A DNA stretch of 64,000 bases from Lingula anatina (lineage: Eukaryota > Animalia > Brachiopoda): contig CM120644.1 of NCBI GenBank assembly GCA_051362555.1, positions 20,978,534 to 21,042,533 of the forward strand. The letters are read 5' to 3'. Positions 48,586 through 61,820 of this stretch are shown piece by piece (position 1 is the stretch's first letter; every line of letters begins with the position of its first letter). Under the pieces are notes generated by a model that searched no databases, was not told where the DNA came from, and worked only from the letters and a program-made list of their open reading frames with translations. A program made the position numbers and the translations under genes.

Positions 48586-48969
48586 GGCCAATTGAATGTG
48601 CCAGAAGCCAGCCGTTAGGCCCATTGAAAATTACGGTCTTGTGACTTACTCATGACTTACTATGTTAAAAAACTGAAATTGTAATGCAAACATTTGTTTA
48701 TTTACTCTTTTTTGTCTTCTCCATAAAGTCGCAAACTTATTTGGAAATCATATCTTTACAAACCGAGCACATCGACGCCTCACCGCAATCCACATCGATG
48801 TCATATTGCTCTACAAAGTAATTTTTAATAGGTCGCCAGTAGTGATCAACAACCAATCGCATACCGCGTTTTAATATTGGTTTGGCTAGGCTCACAAAAT
48901 GGTGGCATGTAGTTCCTTGCGTTAGTGGGCCACTCACAGCATCATCATAGAACTAACTACACCCTGCCT

Positions 48970-49420
48970 GCCCCAAAGAAACAAAAAACTGAAGGAGGAA
49001 AAGAAATTAACAGGAAAGTTCTATGAACAACAAAGGGTTCGTAATTTTTGACCGAAATAGCAACTAGAATTTCCATGGCTAAAAAATGATGAAATTGGTA
49101 TGACCTGTGCCATTTGTTGTAAATATGAACAGTCTGGTACATTTGATAAAGGGTGCAAGAACTATAAGAAAGACTCGATATTATGCCATGAAAAATCGGA
49201 TGGACACGTACATGTAATTAATGTGAAAAAATGTAATGCAAAAGCAGATGCAAGCAAATACTGTTGCTGCAATGACAATCAGAGCCTTAAACCATCAAAC
49301 AATTTCTAGGATAGTTTTGTTTTTAAAAATGCTCATGCAGTAAGCAAAAAGGGGTGGCCCTATAGATTCTCTCTTGCTATGTGATCTTGATGAGGCCAAA
49401 GGGTTGGATATTGTGGTTGA
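48970..49420 (+). pseudogene. hAT transposase N-terminal fragment
   Basis: FPWLK..GMTCAICC...FDKGCKNYKKDSILCHEKSDGH...LFLKNAHA...LCDLDEAKGLDI. Confidence 0.6.
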
Positions 49421-50740
49421 TGACCGAGTGTGGCAGAAAGTGAATAACAAAATAAAGGACCTTAGTCCAAAGCTACAACACAAATGGCAAGGACCATTCA
49501 CAGTTGTGGGCTCTCCAACAGAATTAGTGGATCAGATATGTAAGGGTTCGCATGTGAAGGTCAAGACTGCGCATTTTGATAAGTTGAAACCCTGCTATGA
49601 TTGCTAATTAAAAAAAATACAACTAGCTCATCATCAATATTTTATTGTAGGTGTCGGTACTGCAAGAAAAGCTTCCAGGATCCCTCCAATTTGAGGAGAC
49701 ACGAGCAGAAATACTGTGTAAAAAAAAGGATACAAGCATTAACAGGGGCGGATTTAGGCCGTCTTCTGGGTCTTCCAGAAGACGGTCAGATTTACAAGTT
49801 TACATTGACGGGTATCTATCTTTTTCTGTCGGAAGACGGTCAAAAATGAAGGATGGATCCACAAGGATAATTTGGAAGACTGTCAGAAAATATCTCTGGA
49901 TCCGCCCCTGATTAAAGACTACAAAAGGCGTGAGCGTTGCCACCAGGCTCACCTAGGGAGGCAGAAGAAGTGGTGCAGCTCGTAGTTCAACCAATCGAGG
50001 AAGAAAGCTTGATGAAACCCTTGAGCAGAGTTCTTTTTCCTGAGTCTCCTAAGAAGATCCAACCAAGACCAATCCCAGTTAACCCTGAAAAGGAAGATGC
50101 AGTCCAGAGTCCACCAGGACAGCAGGAAAAATCAATCCAAAAGACCCCAAGACCGGAAAAGATGAGAAAGGGGAGCAAACATGTGCTGATGGAGTTACTC
50201 CAAAAGTTAGAGGTTATGGAGATTGTAAATGAAGACAAAGAAGGGAATATCTATAATAAAAGAACCTAAAAATATTGAATTCATTTTATTATTTTTTTTT
50301 ATTTATTTATTTATTTAATTTTTGGAGGGGTGGATTTCATTGATTGTAAACTACATTGAACTTTTATATTGGCGGGTGGATTTAATGAACTGTAAACTAC
50401 ACTGAACTTTTTATTGGGGGGTGGATTTTTACGGCGTTGAAAGGAGTAAAATTATAATGGTTGTTCATTATTAAATACTTGTTAAAATGTTATACGGTGT
50501 TGTTAATCTTTATTTCTTTTTGCTACCTGTGATTTGGGGGAACAGTATTAGGAGGGGGTAGTGTAATAATCTGGCTTCATTAATTGTTGGTGAACGAGGC
50601 TCACAGCTACCTTGTCTGGCAAAGTATCGTTGCCCTGTCGATGTATTACTGTGAAGTCTGTCTCGCCAATTGTTATTTGCGTATTAGTTCTGTGACCTCC
50701 TTGTCTTGTCCTTATGCCTCCGTTTTGCCTCTGGTTTCAC
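49421..50740 (+). mobile_element. 3' remnant of a Gypsy-like element (integrase tail, extra ORF, PPT, partial LTR)
   Basis: PKLQHKWQGPFTVV...HFDKLKP (GPY/F motif), then GGAGGGGGTAG|TGTAA (PPT plus LTR start) near 50550-50566. Confidence 0.55.
49743..49910. mobile_element. MITE (CAGGGGCGGAT TIR)
   Basis: 11-bp TIR and ATTAA TSD. A partial inverted copy lies at ~52923-52993. Confidence 0.8.
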
Positions 50741-50744
50741 AGAT

Positions 50745-51270
50745 AGTTCTTTTCAGGAAACAGAAATAGTTTATGTCAGAACATGTCAAGCTAGGACAAT
50801 CAGTGTCAACTTTTCTCTAAGACTTGTGAAAAATGTACCAAGAGGTGATGCAGCAAACATTGTGAAAGTGATATCTGAAGGTCTAAAAAAACACTATGTA
50901 GGCAATTATAACAACAAGTTGGTAGCAGTAGCTAGGGTGTGATGGAGCCAGTTTCATGCTCGGAAGTAAAACCAATGCTTTTCAGAGGTTGAGGAACCTG
51001 ACCAAGAGGCCTTGGTTGGTTGCTGTCCACTGCTCAAGACATAAACTTGAGCTTGCCTACCCTCTGTTTGAGAAAGTTGATGCCTTCTTGCTAACGCTGT
51101 ACTACATTTACAGAAACAGCAATTTAAACAGGGCACTTTTGAAAGAATCTTTCTGGAGTTTGAACACCAATGTTATCCTCTCTACACGTGTTGGTGGTAC
51201 ATGAAGGATAAAGTCCATCTCCTGTTTCCTACAGAAGTATGGTGCCATATCCCAACATATTAACCAGGTG
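50745..51270 (+). pseudogene. hAT (ZNF862-like) transposase catalytic-region fragment
   Basis: QETEIVYVR...DAANIV...DGASFMLG...VAVHCSRHKLELA...RVGGT, with stops. Confidence 0.7.
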
Positions 51271-53299
51271 AGTTTAAGTATGAAAGTTTATAAACAGAGT
51301 ATGGTGGAAGAAGCAAACGCAAGGAAAGCGTTGCAGTGGAAGCCTTGCAGTTGAAGCAGTGCAGTCAAAAAAAAGAAGTCAGAGGTACAAGGTGCAGAAG
51401 ACGGTGCACGGAGCACAGTCGCGAAAAAGCAAGTTTCACTCATCTTTCGTACCGCAACTCCAGCAATGTATTAGCTTAACTGGAGAACCCTTTAGTTTCG
51501 TTATTTTAGAGTTTCTTCGGTTTTGTTTGCGTTTTTATTTTATTTGTACAGTGTCAGGGCATGAAGCAATTCTTACAGGTCATGATGACACAAGGCATGA
51601 GATGGAAAATTCCTTCTATCCAAGACTATAATGAAGTAATGTGCCATGGAAAGAAGACTGGACAACTTCATGTAAATTTTTTTGTATTATTTATCTTACG
51701 TTGGGTCTATTATCACTTTTTTTGTTTAGTGTCCAGGCATGAAGCAATTCTTACCGGTCATAATGATCCAAGGCATGAGAAGGTGTAGGTGGAAAATTCC
51801 TGACAGTGGATGCTGCAGGTAGATATTCCTGAGAGATGGCCACTCCAGGTGGGAATATTCATACTCTCCAAGACTGTTAGTGTGTAATGAAGCCATGTGC
51901 AGACTGGACCCATTATTGGACCCATTCAGTAGCATTTCCGTTATTATTTTTTATATGTAATTTGGCTCAACGTTATTATTTTTGTTCTAGACTCCTAAAG
52001 AAACTGTGAATTCTGTGCAAACATTAGCTTTTGAATTGAGTAACATGAATGACTTTAACTGCATACAAGTTATTCAAATGATTTTAACTTTGCTTGTGTG
52101 CTATTGAAATTTTATAATCAATTTTTATGTTTATTAAAGCTGTTTGTCTTTACTTGAAATACACACTTGTTGTTCGTGCTTGGAGAAAATCAACATCATC
52201 CTGCAATTTAAATAACATGCCCATGGGACCCTCGAGGAGAGGGTTTGCGTTACTTTCAGACTTTCTTTATAATACCAATACAGGGATTACTCTAGGCTGC
52301 AAAATTGCGTGAATTACACATTCAAATATTGCATGCTAATTTGACAAATGGTGTAATAAATTTCATGGAAATGAAAGATCTCACATCTTTTTCAACAAAA
52401 TGGAAACCCGGTATCACAGAAAACAGCTTGATTTTTAGCTATATACTAATTAACATTTTTACAGCCAGAAATACGTGTACTGAACCTGACATTACAATAA
52501 TTATATTAAGCTACAACTCTGACAAAACAGTCTTCCTTCTCAACACCAAGTCAGGTCTATAAACAATTACAAAAAATAGCCTGTACTTGTGGCTATTACT
52601 CCTTTTGCGCACACTTCACAATACAGCAGCATTAAATAATGTGCAGCAGGTAGGTGGCATTAAATGCACGTAATAGCCCATGACCTCCACCTGGCTTTCT
52701 GAAGTTCTGCGGTTCTGAGCATTTTTGGTACTAGAATAATAATGCCTCCAAAGAAGAAACTATGACCATGGACCAATGAAAGCTTATTAGGTTTCTTCAA
52801 ACCGCAAACAAAACAAGAAATTGATCCAGAAATATTTTCTGACAGTCTTCCAAATTATCTTTGTTGTTCCATCCTCCATCTTTGTTGTTCCATCCTCAGA
52901 CAAAAAATAATAATAAATAAACATACCCATCAATGTTAACTTGAAAATCTGACCGTCTTCTAAAAGACCCAGAAGACGGCCTCAATCTGCCCCATCTCCG
53001 AGATGTCAGTGAAATGGAAACATACTGTAGAGTTTTCTGTCACTGCCAAGAGGATCCTGGGATTCCTGTTGTTCATATGGGGACTGCACAGGGGTGCCCA
53101 CATATAAAGTAACAGGCAACCATGTGATGTCCTAGATCCCTCCAGATCTGCACTCAAGCCAGACGCATCACGCTCTCTCTAGAGAAGATTCCATTATACT
53201 ACAAAGCCGTGCTGTACCTACCAAACAGAAGGAACAGGCAATACTCTCAGTTACTGTTAGTACCAGAAGTGTATTTTACTGCTGTTAGAAATAGAGTAA

Positions 53300-53850
53300 A
53301 ACACTTGAATAAATACAGTTGGCTGCGGTATAACAGAGAAAAACAAAAAGTTCTGTTCAATTTGCGCAAAAACGGTACCATGGCCAAAGGAACCAATAAT
53401 TTCAGAACTACTTGTCAGGCACATGGCATAGGCAGATCACCAAAATGCATGCAAAATCTGTCTCCAGCGAAAAGACATGAGAGCAGCATTTGATAATGCG
53501 ACAACTAAAAAGGAGAGAGCAGTCACCGTGGCCATGAAAGTGGTGTACTGGATGGCCAAGGAGGGACTTCTGATAAAAAAGTATACATTGCTCATGGGCC
53601 TTCTCAATGAACTAAAAAGGATGGTACTGATTTCATGTATTGTGGTGCATGCACATCGGCAAATAAACGTAATGGGATGGTGAAAAATGCTCAGAACAGA
53701 AATTATCAAAACTCTACCCTTGTGAGACATGCAGCCTTGTCAGATCACAAATTAACAATAGAAATGTCAGTGCTGCAACAGAACTTTCAATTTTGTGAGA
53801 AAAAATTTATAAAATCCAAAAGTAAAGCCGTTCTTGCACTAAATAAAGAA
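53300..53850 (+). pseudogene. Two further hAT transposase N-terminal fragments
   Basis: KYSWLRY...GTNNFRTT...AMKVVYWMAKEGL, then MYCGAC...NYQNSTLVRHAALSDHK. Confidence 0.6.
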
Positions 53851-54025
53851 TAAGGAAACTTGAAAAAATAAAAGTAACAAATTGTTAGTTTTGGGGTAAC
53901 ATTTATTGTTCAAAATGACAGGGACCCATCACAATCGGCAGGGACCCATTGTTCAATATCATGTGCATCCTGTTGGACTCATAATATTTAAAGGTAAAAT
54001 GATCACTGCATTCTAGTAGCTTCTC

Positions 54026-55291
54026 ATTACTTATTATGATTCTTTGTTGCTTCTTAAAGGTATCTCTAGAAGCCTTATTTTTATCTCCAAGGAATAAATA
54101 TATTCGTAAAACCCACATGTTGTTTATCGCCTGCTTACATTTGGTGATGTCTTTGAATCACTTGTGCCAGTCACACCAAATGGAAGAGGCACCGACATTC
54201 GAGAGAAACAGAGAGCTGATCCCGTGATAAACAAATAACGCTATTTCCTTCAGACAGAAAACAGTCTGTCAGCAAGTGAGAGGCGAAAAAGAACTCCCAG
54301 ATGTGAAGAGACTTTTAAGACAGATGGAGCGATTTCATGAGCACAATGAAAACCTATACAGGAAATGCAGAGATTCAGGCAACGGTGGAGAGATAAATCA
54401 ATTCTTATTGCCAGAAAATCGGAAGGAAACAGTTTTGAATGCTCTACATGATCGAATGGGGCATCAGGAGGCTGAACATACAGAAAAATTGATCCGATCA
54501 AGATACTATTGGCCTCATATGTCTGCTGACGTTAAAGACTGGATATCAAACTGTAAAAGATGTAATCTGGCCAAAATGTCATCACGAATTATTCCTACTC
54601 CTATGCAAAGTATCATAGCTCACCAGCCAATGGAAATCTTCCATTGATTTCACAGTTTTGGAACCAGCTGGAAACAGAATTGAAAATATTCTAGTCATGA
54701 CTGACGTATACAGCAAATTTACAATTGCCGTACCTATGAAGAACCAGACAGCTTAGACAGTTGCGAAAGCCCTTGTGCGGGAATGGTTCCTACGTTATGG
54801 AGTGCCTCAAAGAATTCATTCAAATCAAGGGAAATCCTTCGATACCAAGATAGTGAGGGAGTTGTATAAAATTTATGGAATTGATAAATCCCGCACAACA
54901 GCATACCACCGGAGAGGGAATGGACAGTGTGAGAGATTCAACCGCACAATGCATGCTTCCACAGACTGTAATCTGTGTTACATGTTGTTGCCACTGACGA
55001 CGTGCAGCGACGTGGACTGGTGAGGCCGTGATGCTCTCAGCGTTGTTTGGATGTTGGAGTTTTTTGTTTTGGTTTGATGTTCTGTGAGCAGGGATTATTT
55101 GTTGCCTTCTATTATTCTGTTTTAAAGTAAGTGTAATTTGCTGGGTTTTTTTTCCCAAACGTTCTTTTAAACAATATCTGACGTTCTAGTATAGCTTATT
55201 ACTTATTATGATTCTTTGTTGCTTCTTACAGGTATCTCTACAAGCCTTATTTTTATCTCCAAAGAATAAATATATCCGTAAAACCTACGTG
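54026..55291 (+). mobile_element. Internally deleted, degraded Gypsy element (integrase fragment between LTR pieces)
   Basis: Direct repeat 54026-54140 / 55198-55291 ending TTACA, with TGGTG after the first copy. Integrase motifs [34 protein letters not shown]. Confidence 0.75.
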
Positions 55292-56896
55292 TTGTTTATC
55301 ACCCGCTTACATTATGAATCTTTTTAAGTTACCAGTGACATGGTTATCATGCAAAGCTACCGGAGCTGGTGCTTGTATACAGAATGAAAATGTGTTAGTT
55401 GAGATGTTCTGGTTGCGTGTGGGTGAGAACTATCATGCTGAGCTCTGGTTGACAGTAGAGCCATTCTCATTAGTAAGTTAAACGGGGCCCAATAAACCCA
55501 CTAGGTTTGCATTCACAATGTTTAGAACAATAATTGCCTTTTCACAGTTGTACTTCCTGTTAAGCACACATTTTGTTCTAAGTGATGATATAAACACTAT
55601 GGCGGGGGGGGGGGGGGAAGTACCAGTAGAAATTGTCATTTTGTATAAAATATTTGACTTACTTATGAAGAAAAAGAAACATTTCCATAAAAAAGCATGC
55701 TACATTTAAATGTAAGCATCCAGTCAATACCTCAATTTAGAGTTAACTGAGTAAGTCCTGAAATGGAATTAATTAAACTGGGCATCAAGGGAACAAAAAA
55801 ATTTGGATAGTCTGGTATAATATTAGCAAGAAACGTTTCATGAATGCAAGGCAGTTAATTTTAAGTGGAAGCAATGCAGGACTTAATCCTCTTTTTTCAA
55901 AATTGATTCAAGGTTTTCAAATGTTCAATTCAGCATTAAAATTAAAATGAAAAGTAAAATGGAAACAACTGCTATATCCATGGGTTAAATTTGTAAAAAC
56001 TGAAAATCCTGAAAATGTAGCTTGGAATTTCCCGTCACATTAAGAACATAGATCTATGGACAAAACAATCAACATGAACTGAAAATTATGAAATCGGGCA
56101 TAATCCTGCAAACTTTCACCCATGAAAAAAGCATTTTGTTTATATATGTGTGTGTTTGAACATGTGAATGGATATATATATGCATAAGAAGCAATTAATT
56201 TGTAAGGCCTACCTTTTCCCTTCACGTAGGTTGTTGAATGGTGACTGGATCTGGATCAGATTCTAATTTCTATGAAATTGAGACTGTGCCTGCTACTGGC
56301 AGTGGTAGTACACGTTAATGACCGTTAATATTCATCGTCACCTCATCCTTTTTTGATGGCAATCAAATCCAATCAAATTAACTCCATGATCATTAAGTCA
56401 CATCAATATGCAAAGCGGAAAATAAAACTTATCAACGTACTTCCTTGTAAATTTTTACATGCTGCACGTCCACCGTCTCATATCACCCTCTCGTATTACT
56501 TATTGTTGTCTTTCACTTTCCTCCGCCTCGCTATTGCTCTCCCTACATACACCCTAGTTTGAACTATCCACTGGTACGATTGTCACATTTTTCTCTTTTT
56601 TAATTTTTCAGACGCAACAATCACCTCAGATCACTTCCTCTCGTTAACGGCCATATTGGTTTCAGATGAGTATGCAAATGAGTAACACGTCATCAGTTTG
56701 GCGGGCTTTGGCTTAAACTGAAGTAGAAATAAATAATCAAATATCACAAGAAACTTAAGTTGTAGTAGTATTTTAATCAAACAGTGCTAGCATATTCATT
56801 AAAAAGGGTATTTTAACTATTGGAAGTATTTAAAAATGAGAACTTTATAATATTTTTTTATGTAAGAAAATGTTGGAAAAAACTGTAGCCTAGTAA

Positions 56897-57119
56897 AGCC
56901 CCCTTTACACTGGACGGCGTCCTTTCTGCGTCCAGCAGTACGGCCCTATTTGAGAGTTAAAAAATTATAATGCTTTACGTGCCGACAACTGGCCGATCAT
57001 TGAGCATTCATTCTGATACAAAATCAATGCTCGTGCCTCCTTATTAAAACCACAACGATGTCAAATTTCATGGTCGCAGAAAGGACGCAGAAAGGACGCC
57101 GTCCAGTGTAAAGGGGGTA
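56897..57119. mobile_element. PIF/Harbinger-type MITE
   Basis: ~36-bp TIR ccccctttacactggacggcgtcctttctgcgtcc with TAA on both flanks. Confidence 0.8.
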
Positions 57120-58149
57120 TAACGTAGGGCCTACATGGTATCTCACTTTGGACATCAATATAGTTTATGTAACTGGACCATTCAAATAGGTACCCCTTTC
57201 GCCTAATAACCGTCCATGACATGTACTTCTCATGGATTCATAATAAATTGGTCAAATTGCAAAATTTATTTTTCGCAGTTTTTGGCCAAATCGGTCCCCA
57301 TTACCGGAGAATGATTATAAAACTTCAGCTGCGGAAGCGATTTACTCACTTTAAAAATTCGATCAGCAGTGGTTTTGTTCTTTACCTTATTTCCTACAAG
57401 TATAACATTAATAAAAACATGAAAATCTTCTTTATAGAGCGTTTATTATTTCTGCGAGGGATAAGTATCGGTAATTTTCAGATGGTCTCCACACAGGCCG
57501 ATGGGTGAAGCGTCTGGCTGAAAAAAGCAACAACAGGAGGATTTAGATGAGTTCGTAACCCATGTAACCTATGTAACCCATGTTTCTCCGCTGTATTCAC
57601 CAAATTGAAATCTAAACCATATTTTCTGTAGAAACTAAACTACTTTCTTTTTTAGCATCTTTTTAAAATTCTAAACAAAAACTATTTTATAGGCATGTTT
57701 ATGGTACGATTGATATTTAATATGGAATATTTTTTTCGAAATAATTTTTTATCAGTTTTTTCCTATTTTGCTGACTGATAAATGAAAATAAGGATTAATA
57801 TCGTGTTTTAATAACTTTAAATTATCTTTTTGATGTCATTGTGACATCAGTTCATTAATGGAATTCGCCAGAGAAGCAAACAAAAACACATTGCCTATTT
57901 TATGTCATACGACTCCCATTAAAAGAGATATTTGGATCTCCATATTTTCCAAATTATCGTCTGTAAAAGGGTAATACGCTCCACAAAAGACCCTCATGTC
58001 AGTTGCTAGTCACAGTAATGCTCGTTGTTACGCCTGGCCTCTTCGTGGCTGTTGCCAGCGCTCTCAAGCGGCAAGGCATTTCTTGGGGGTAGGTTTTTAG
58101 AGTTCAATCTGGAATAGCATTCCAGCCATCGGTCTAAAATTGTCCAATC

Positions 58150-58720
58150 TGGTCCAGTTTTGTTGTAGGACATGTAGGCAGTTGATTGGTGAATAATGGT
58201 CTACCGAAATATTGTTTATGTGGTTCAAATGTGGCGATTTTAATGACCAGGGTAGCTGCTCATTCCCTTGGTTCTGTAAGTTATCTGCTATTAAAAGTGC
58301 TCTGTGTGAACCATCAACCTCATCCTGCAACTTAGACTTGTTCCTAAGGTGCCCCCTATCAAATGATAGTCAAGTGGTTCCGAGATTATTCCTTTATTTG
58401 ATCTGGTTCAGGTTTTCGTCGATGACTACCATTGGTGTTTTGGCACCAATGTGGAATCTACTCCAAATATTGACGCTGTCAATCACCCTTGTCACTTTAG
58501 ACCCGGCATATGCTTCGTCGTAGGCCTCTTCTGGATATCTGTAAACTCTGTTTTGACTAATTGGGCGGTACAGGTGAAATCTGACCTCAATAAAGAAAGC
58601 CACGCAGTTTCAGTGTTCTACCCAGAATCGTTCATGGACCCCAATTCATGAGAGAAACAGACGACGATGTTTTACTGTATACAGTGGGTACCTCGGAGGT
58701 CATTTGGTGTTCTTACCTGC
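58150..58720 (-). pseudogene. Tc1/mariner transposase relic
   Basis: EVRFHL...RVYR...SVNIW...G.KTPMVVIDENLN...MQD...HRA...LPWSLKSPHLNHI (DD34E-family motifs), frameshifted. Confidence 0.7.
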
Positions 58721-59843
58721 TAAAACCAGTTTGGTGTTCGCTAAGGGCTTTGAAAAACGCATTTTAGTGGCAATTTACCCCTCGTTTTGAACGGACTAAT
58801 TTTTTTTTGTTTAGTTGCAGCAGCGTATCCCGATAGTCAGTGGGTCCTGTACCCTGTAGGTAAAATTTTGATACATTGGGGGTGACCTCTGTGTAGGTAC
58901 ATCAGTCTGGGCATTACTCTATAAAACTGTGGGGACCGTTCCGTTTGGCGCTATGATCCGTCTGGTTATGTTTGTCTTTTTCGCGCCATTCTGCCTTAGA
59001 TTAACAACTTTGTAATGCACTACTTGACTCATTTTACGCACTGCAAAACTGACCGCTTGCATGCAAAATTTCAAATTCTTCTATGCAGTAGTTGTCGAAA
59101 TATGGATACTTTTTTGACAGAACCAAGCTTTGCCTAAGCCAAGCTTTGATCAGCCCAAAGGAACACTACCCAATTAAATCACTTCAAATTACATAATGTA
59201 GCAGCGCAATAGGCATGAAAAACAGTTAATTGGTAGTGACACACCTTACTGCACACTTTTACATTCACAAATCTTATATAAGATAGGATGTTTTTGAAAA
59301 AAGAACGTATTTTTACCTAGGTATACCTTCGAAACTGAAATATTCCATATTAAATGTCAAGTCTGTATTTTGATATGGAAAAAATTGATGAGCTCTCATT
59401 TAGCTATTTTTGTGCGAGAAAAAAATAATTCAAAAAATGGTTTGTGAAAAAATTGATAATAAGTTACTTTGTAAATACAATAATCTTTCTTTACCAGAGA
59501 ACCTGTGCTTTCTACTGGACTGCACTGGAAGTGGGTCAGATGACGGAGAACACGAACAAGAAGTGAATCCAATAGTCCTCCTAAAAAACAAAAAAGGAAG
59601 ATCAGACGCTATGTCAAAAGCGGGTCAGGCCATACTTGAAAATATTGTCCAAGCACAAGAGAGGCATAAACAATATATGACTAAAGGTATATCATCCAGG
59701 AAGTAAGTTAACCCCAGATAGTAAATCATTCACTGTCATTTAAGTTTTCTAGTAACTTTTTAACATTGTAAAAAATGTAACCCGAAATTTATTACAGGTC
59801 AGATATTAAGATAAAAATACTAAATTTTGAAATACTAAACGAC

Positions 59844-60008
59844 TAGGCCCGTAGCCAGCAATTTCCAAAGAGGGTCTCTTTTTCTGAAAAAAGTGGACCT
59901 TTTCCCATAAAAACTTCATGTATCTTGATCAAATTTTACCCAGAGTGGACCAAAAGGGGCAGTTCTTTCGAACCCCCCCAACCCCCCCCTCCCCCAGCTA
60001 CGGGTCTG
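59844..60008. mobile_element. MITE, second copy of the 30775 family
   Basis: AGGCCCGTAGCCAG...CAGCTACGGGTCTG with a shared interior (aaagtggacctttt, tttacccagagtggacc). Confidence 0.8.
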
Positions 60009-61820
60009 CGACCCATGAATATAAATGCATCTTAAGTCTTAAGCATATAAATGTCCTTCTCATTACAGACAATCTCAATGAGCACCAAGGTGCTGAAAAA
60101 GAACGCGGACATCAGACCGTAAAGGTGACAAGAACCGTGAACTATAGCTGGTCCATACGAGGTGCGCGGCCAAACCAAATACATCGCCTACATGTTGCGT
60201 ATTGTGGAGGGAATTATCTTAAAAGTGGCAGAGAATGACACAATTTTTAAATTATTTGTAGAGTGATATGATTTGATTTGATAAAAAACATTAGTAATTT
60301 AATAAAATTTTAATATAATTTTGTAATTTTTGGTTCTTCTTTCTTTCTTTCTCTATATCATTTATTTAATTTAGATGGGTTGGGAATTCGTTTATTTGAA
60401 AAAATATTTAACCGAATAAAGGCTGTCTACATATAATTGATAATTAACATAATTTCATTCAATACTTGATAAATTACATATTCTTCACCAACAATAGACA
60501 CACAAAGCAATATCTGGGGATATCAATTCATATACAGACTTGATATTTAATATGGAATATTTCAGTTTTAAAGGTATATATATATATAGTTCAGGTGGGA
60601 AAATATGTCCGACTAGGACATCGATTTCTCTCTGCAGGACTTACAATAATAAGTAACAGTTGTCCGGAGGACTTCTAGTCCCATGAAGTGATGTCCCAGA
60701 ACGTGCATTTCTAGTAACGGAGAACCCAGGACTTAATGTCCTACGGACATGCATTACAGCGGGTATCCATGCCCTCCCCACTGGTCTACAGCTGGCGCTT
60801 AAATATTGACTTCAGCATTCAACTACTGGCATTTATTCATAATTTTTCTCGGTAACGCAATGAATTATTTAATTTTTTAAACCTTATTAATAATTTTGGT
60901 CATTTTAGAAGTCATTTAAAGTTTTCTTTCGTGAAACGGCGTAAATTAAAAAAAAAACGTAATTGTTATAGAAATATATAATGTAGGTTGTAGAAATAGA
61001 AGATAATAAAAAATGATCCGACAAGATTACTTCAATCTCACCGTATCTCTTCAAATTCAAGTATTTATTATAATGAATAAGTTATATATTCTGTTTTAAA
61101 ATAAAGTGCAAGGTACTGCACAAAAAACAAAAAAATGGTTCTTCCTGCACATTCGCAAGATTTGCTTTCCGCGCTAATGGGCACTACTGCACGCACTGAG
61201 ATGTGATGTGCTTGGTACCTTAGATTTTCATTCTAAATCCACCTTTACCGTTCCTTAAACGACTTGTTAAAGCGCCATCACAAATGAATTATGAATTTCG
61301 CCCACTCTTGTCTCTCTCTCTTACTACCCAGTAGTACAAAAAGCAGATTATCACATTTGCAAAATGTATGGCATTCTACTTCATTTAAAACCATATCTAC
61401 ACCATATCTTAGCTACCTATTAATTTTAAACAGTGAATAAAGAGAGCTATAATATATATATAATTCCATATTGATAGCCATTACTTCTGTAACGATATTT
61501 TAATTAAAATTACCCCCAAGCAGCTTCAGTAGGCGTGACAGCCATCTAAGCATCTTAAGTTAATTGTAATTAAGTGAGAAACCCCTCGGAGATGGATCGA
61601 TCCTGTTAGGTCAATGTAGATATGAGAACCCAGTCTTTGAAGTGTTTGTGAAGTGGCTGTCCTTGTAGCACTACTGCACGCACTGAGATGTGATGTGCTA
61701 GTTACTGTGAACTTAACTCTACCAACTGACAATTAACACTGCCTGCCGTTGGCTTTTTTTATACGTGTCGTTTGTAAAATAGAGAATGGCTTACTCCACT
61801 CTTCCTGAAATCCAAGTCAG

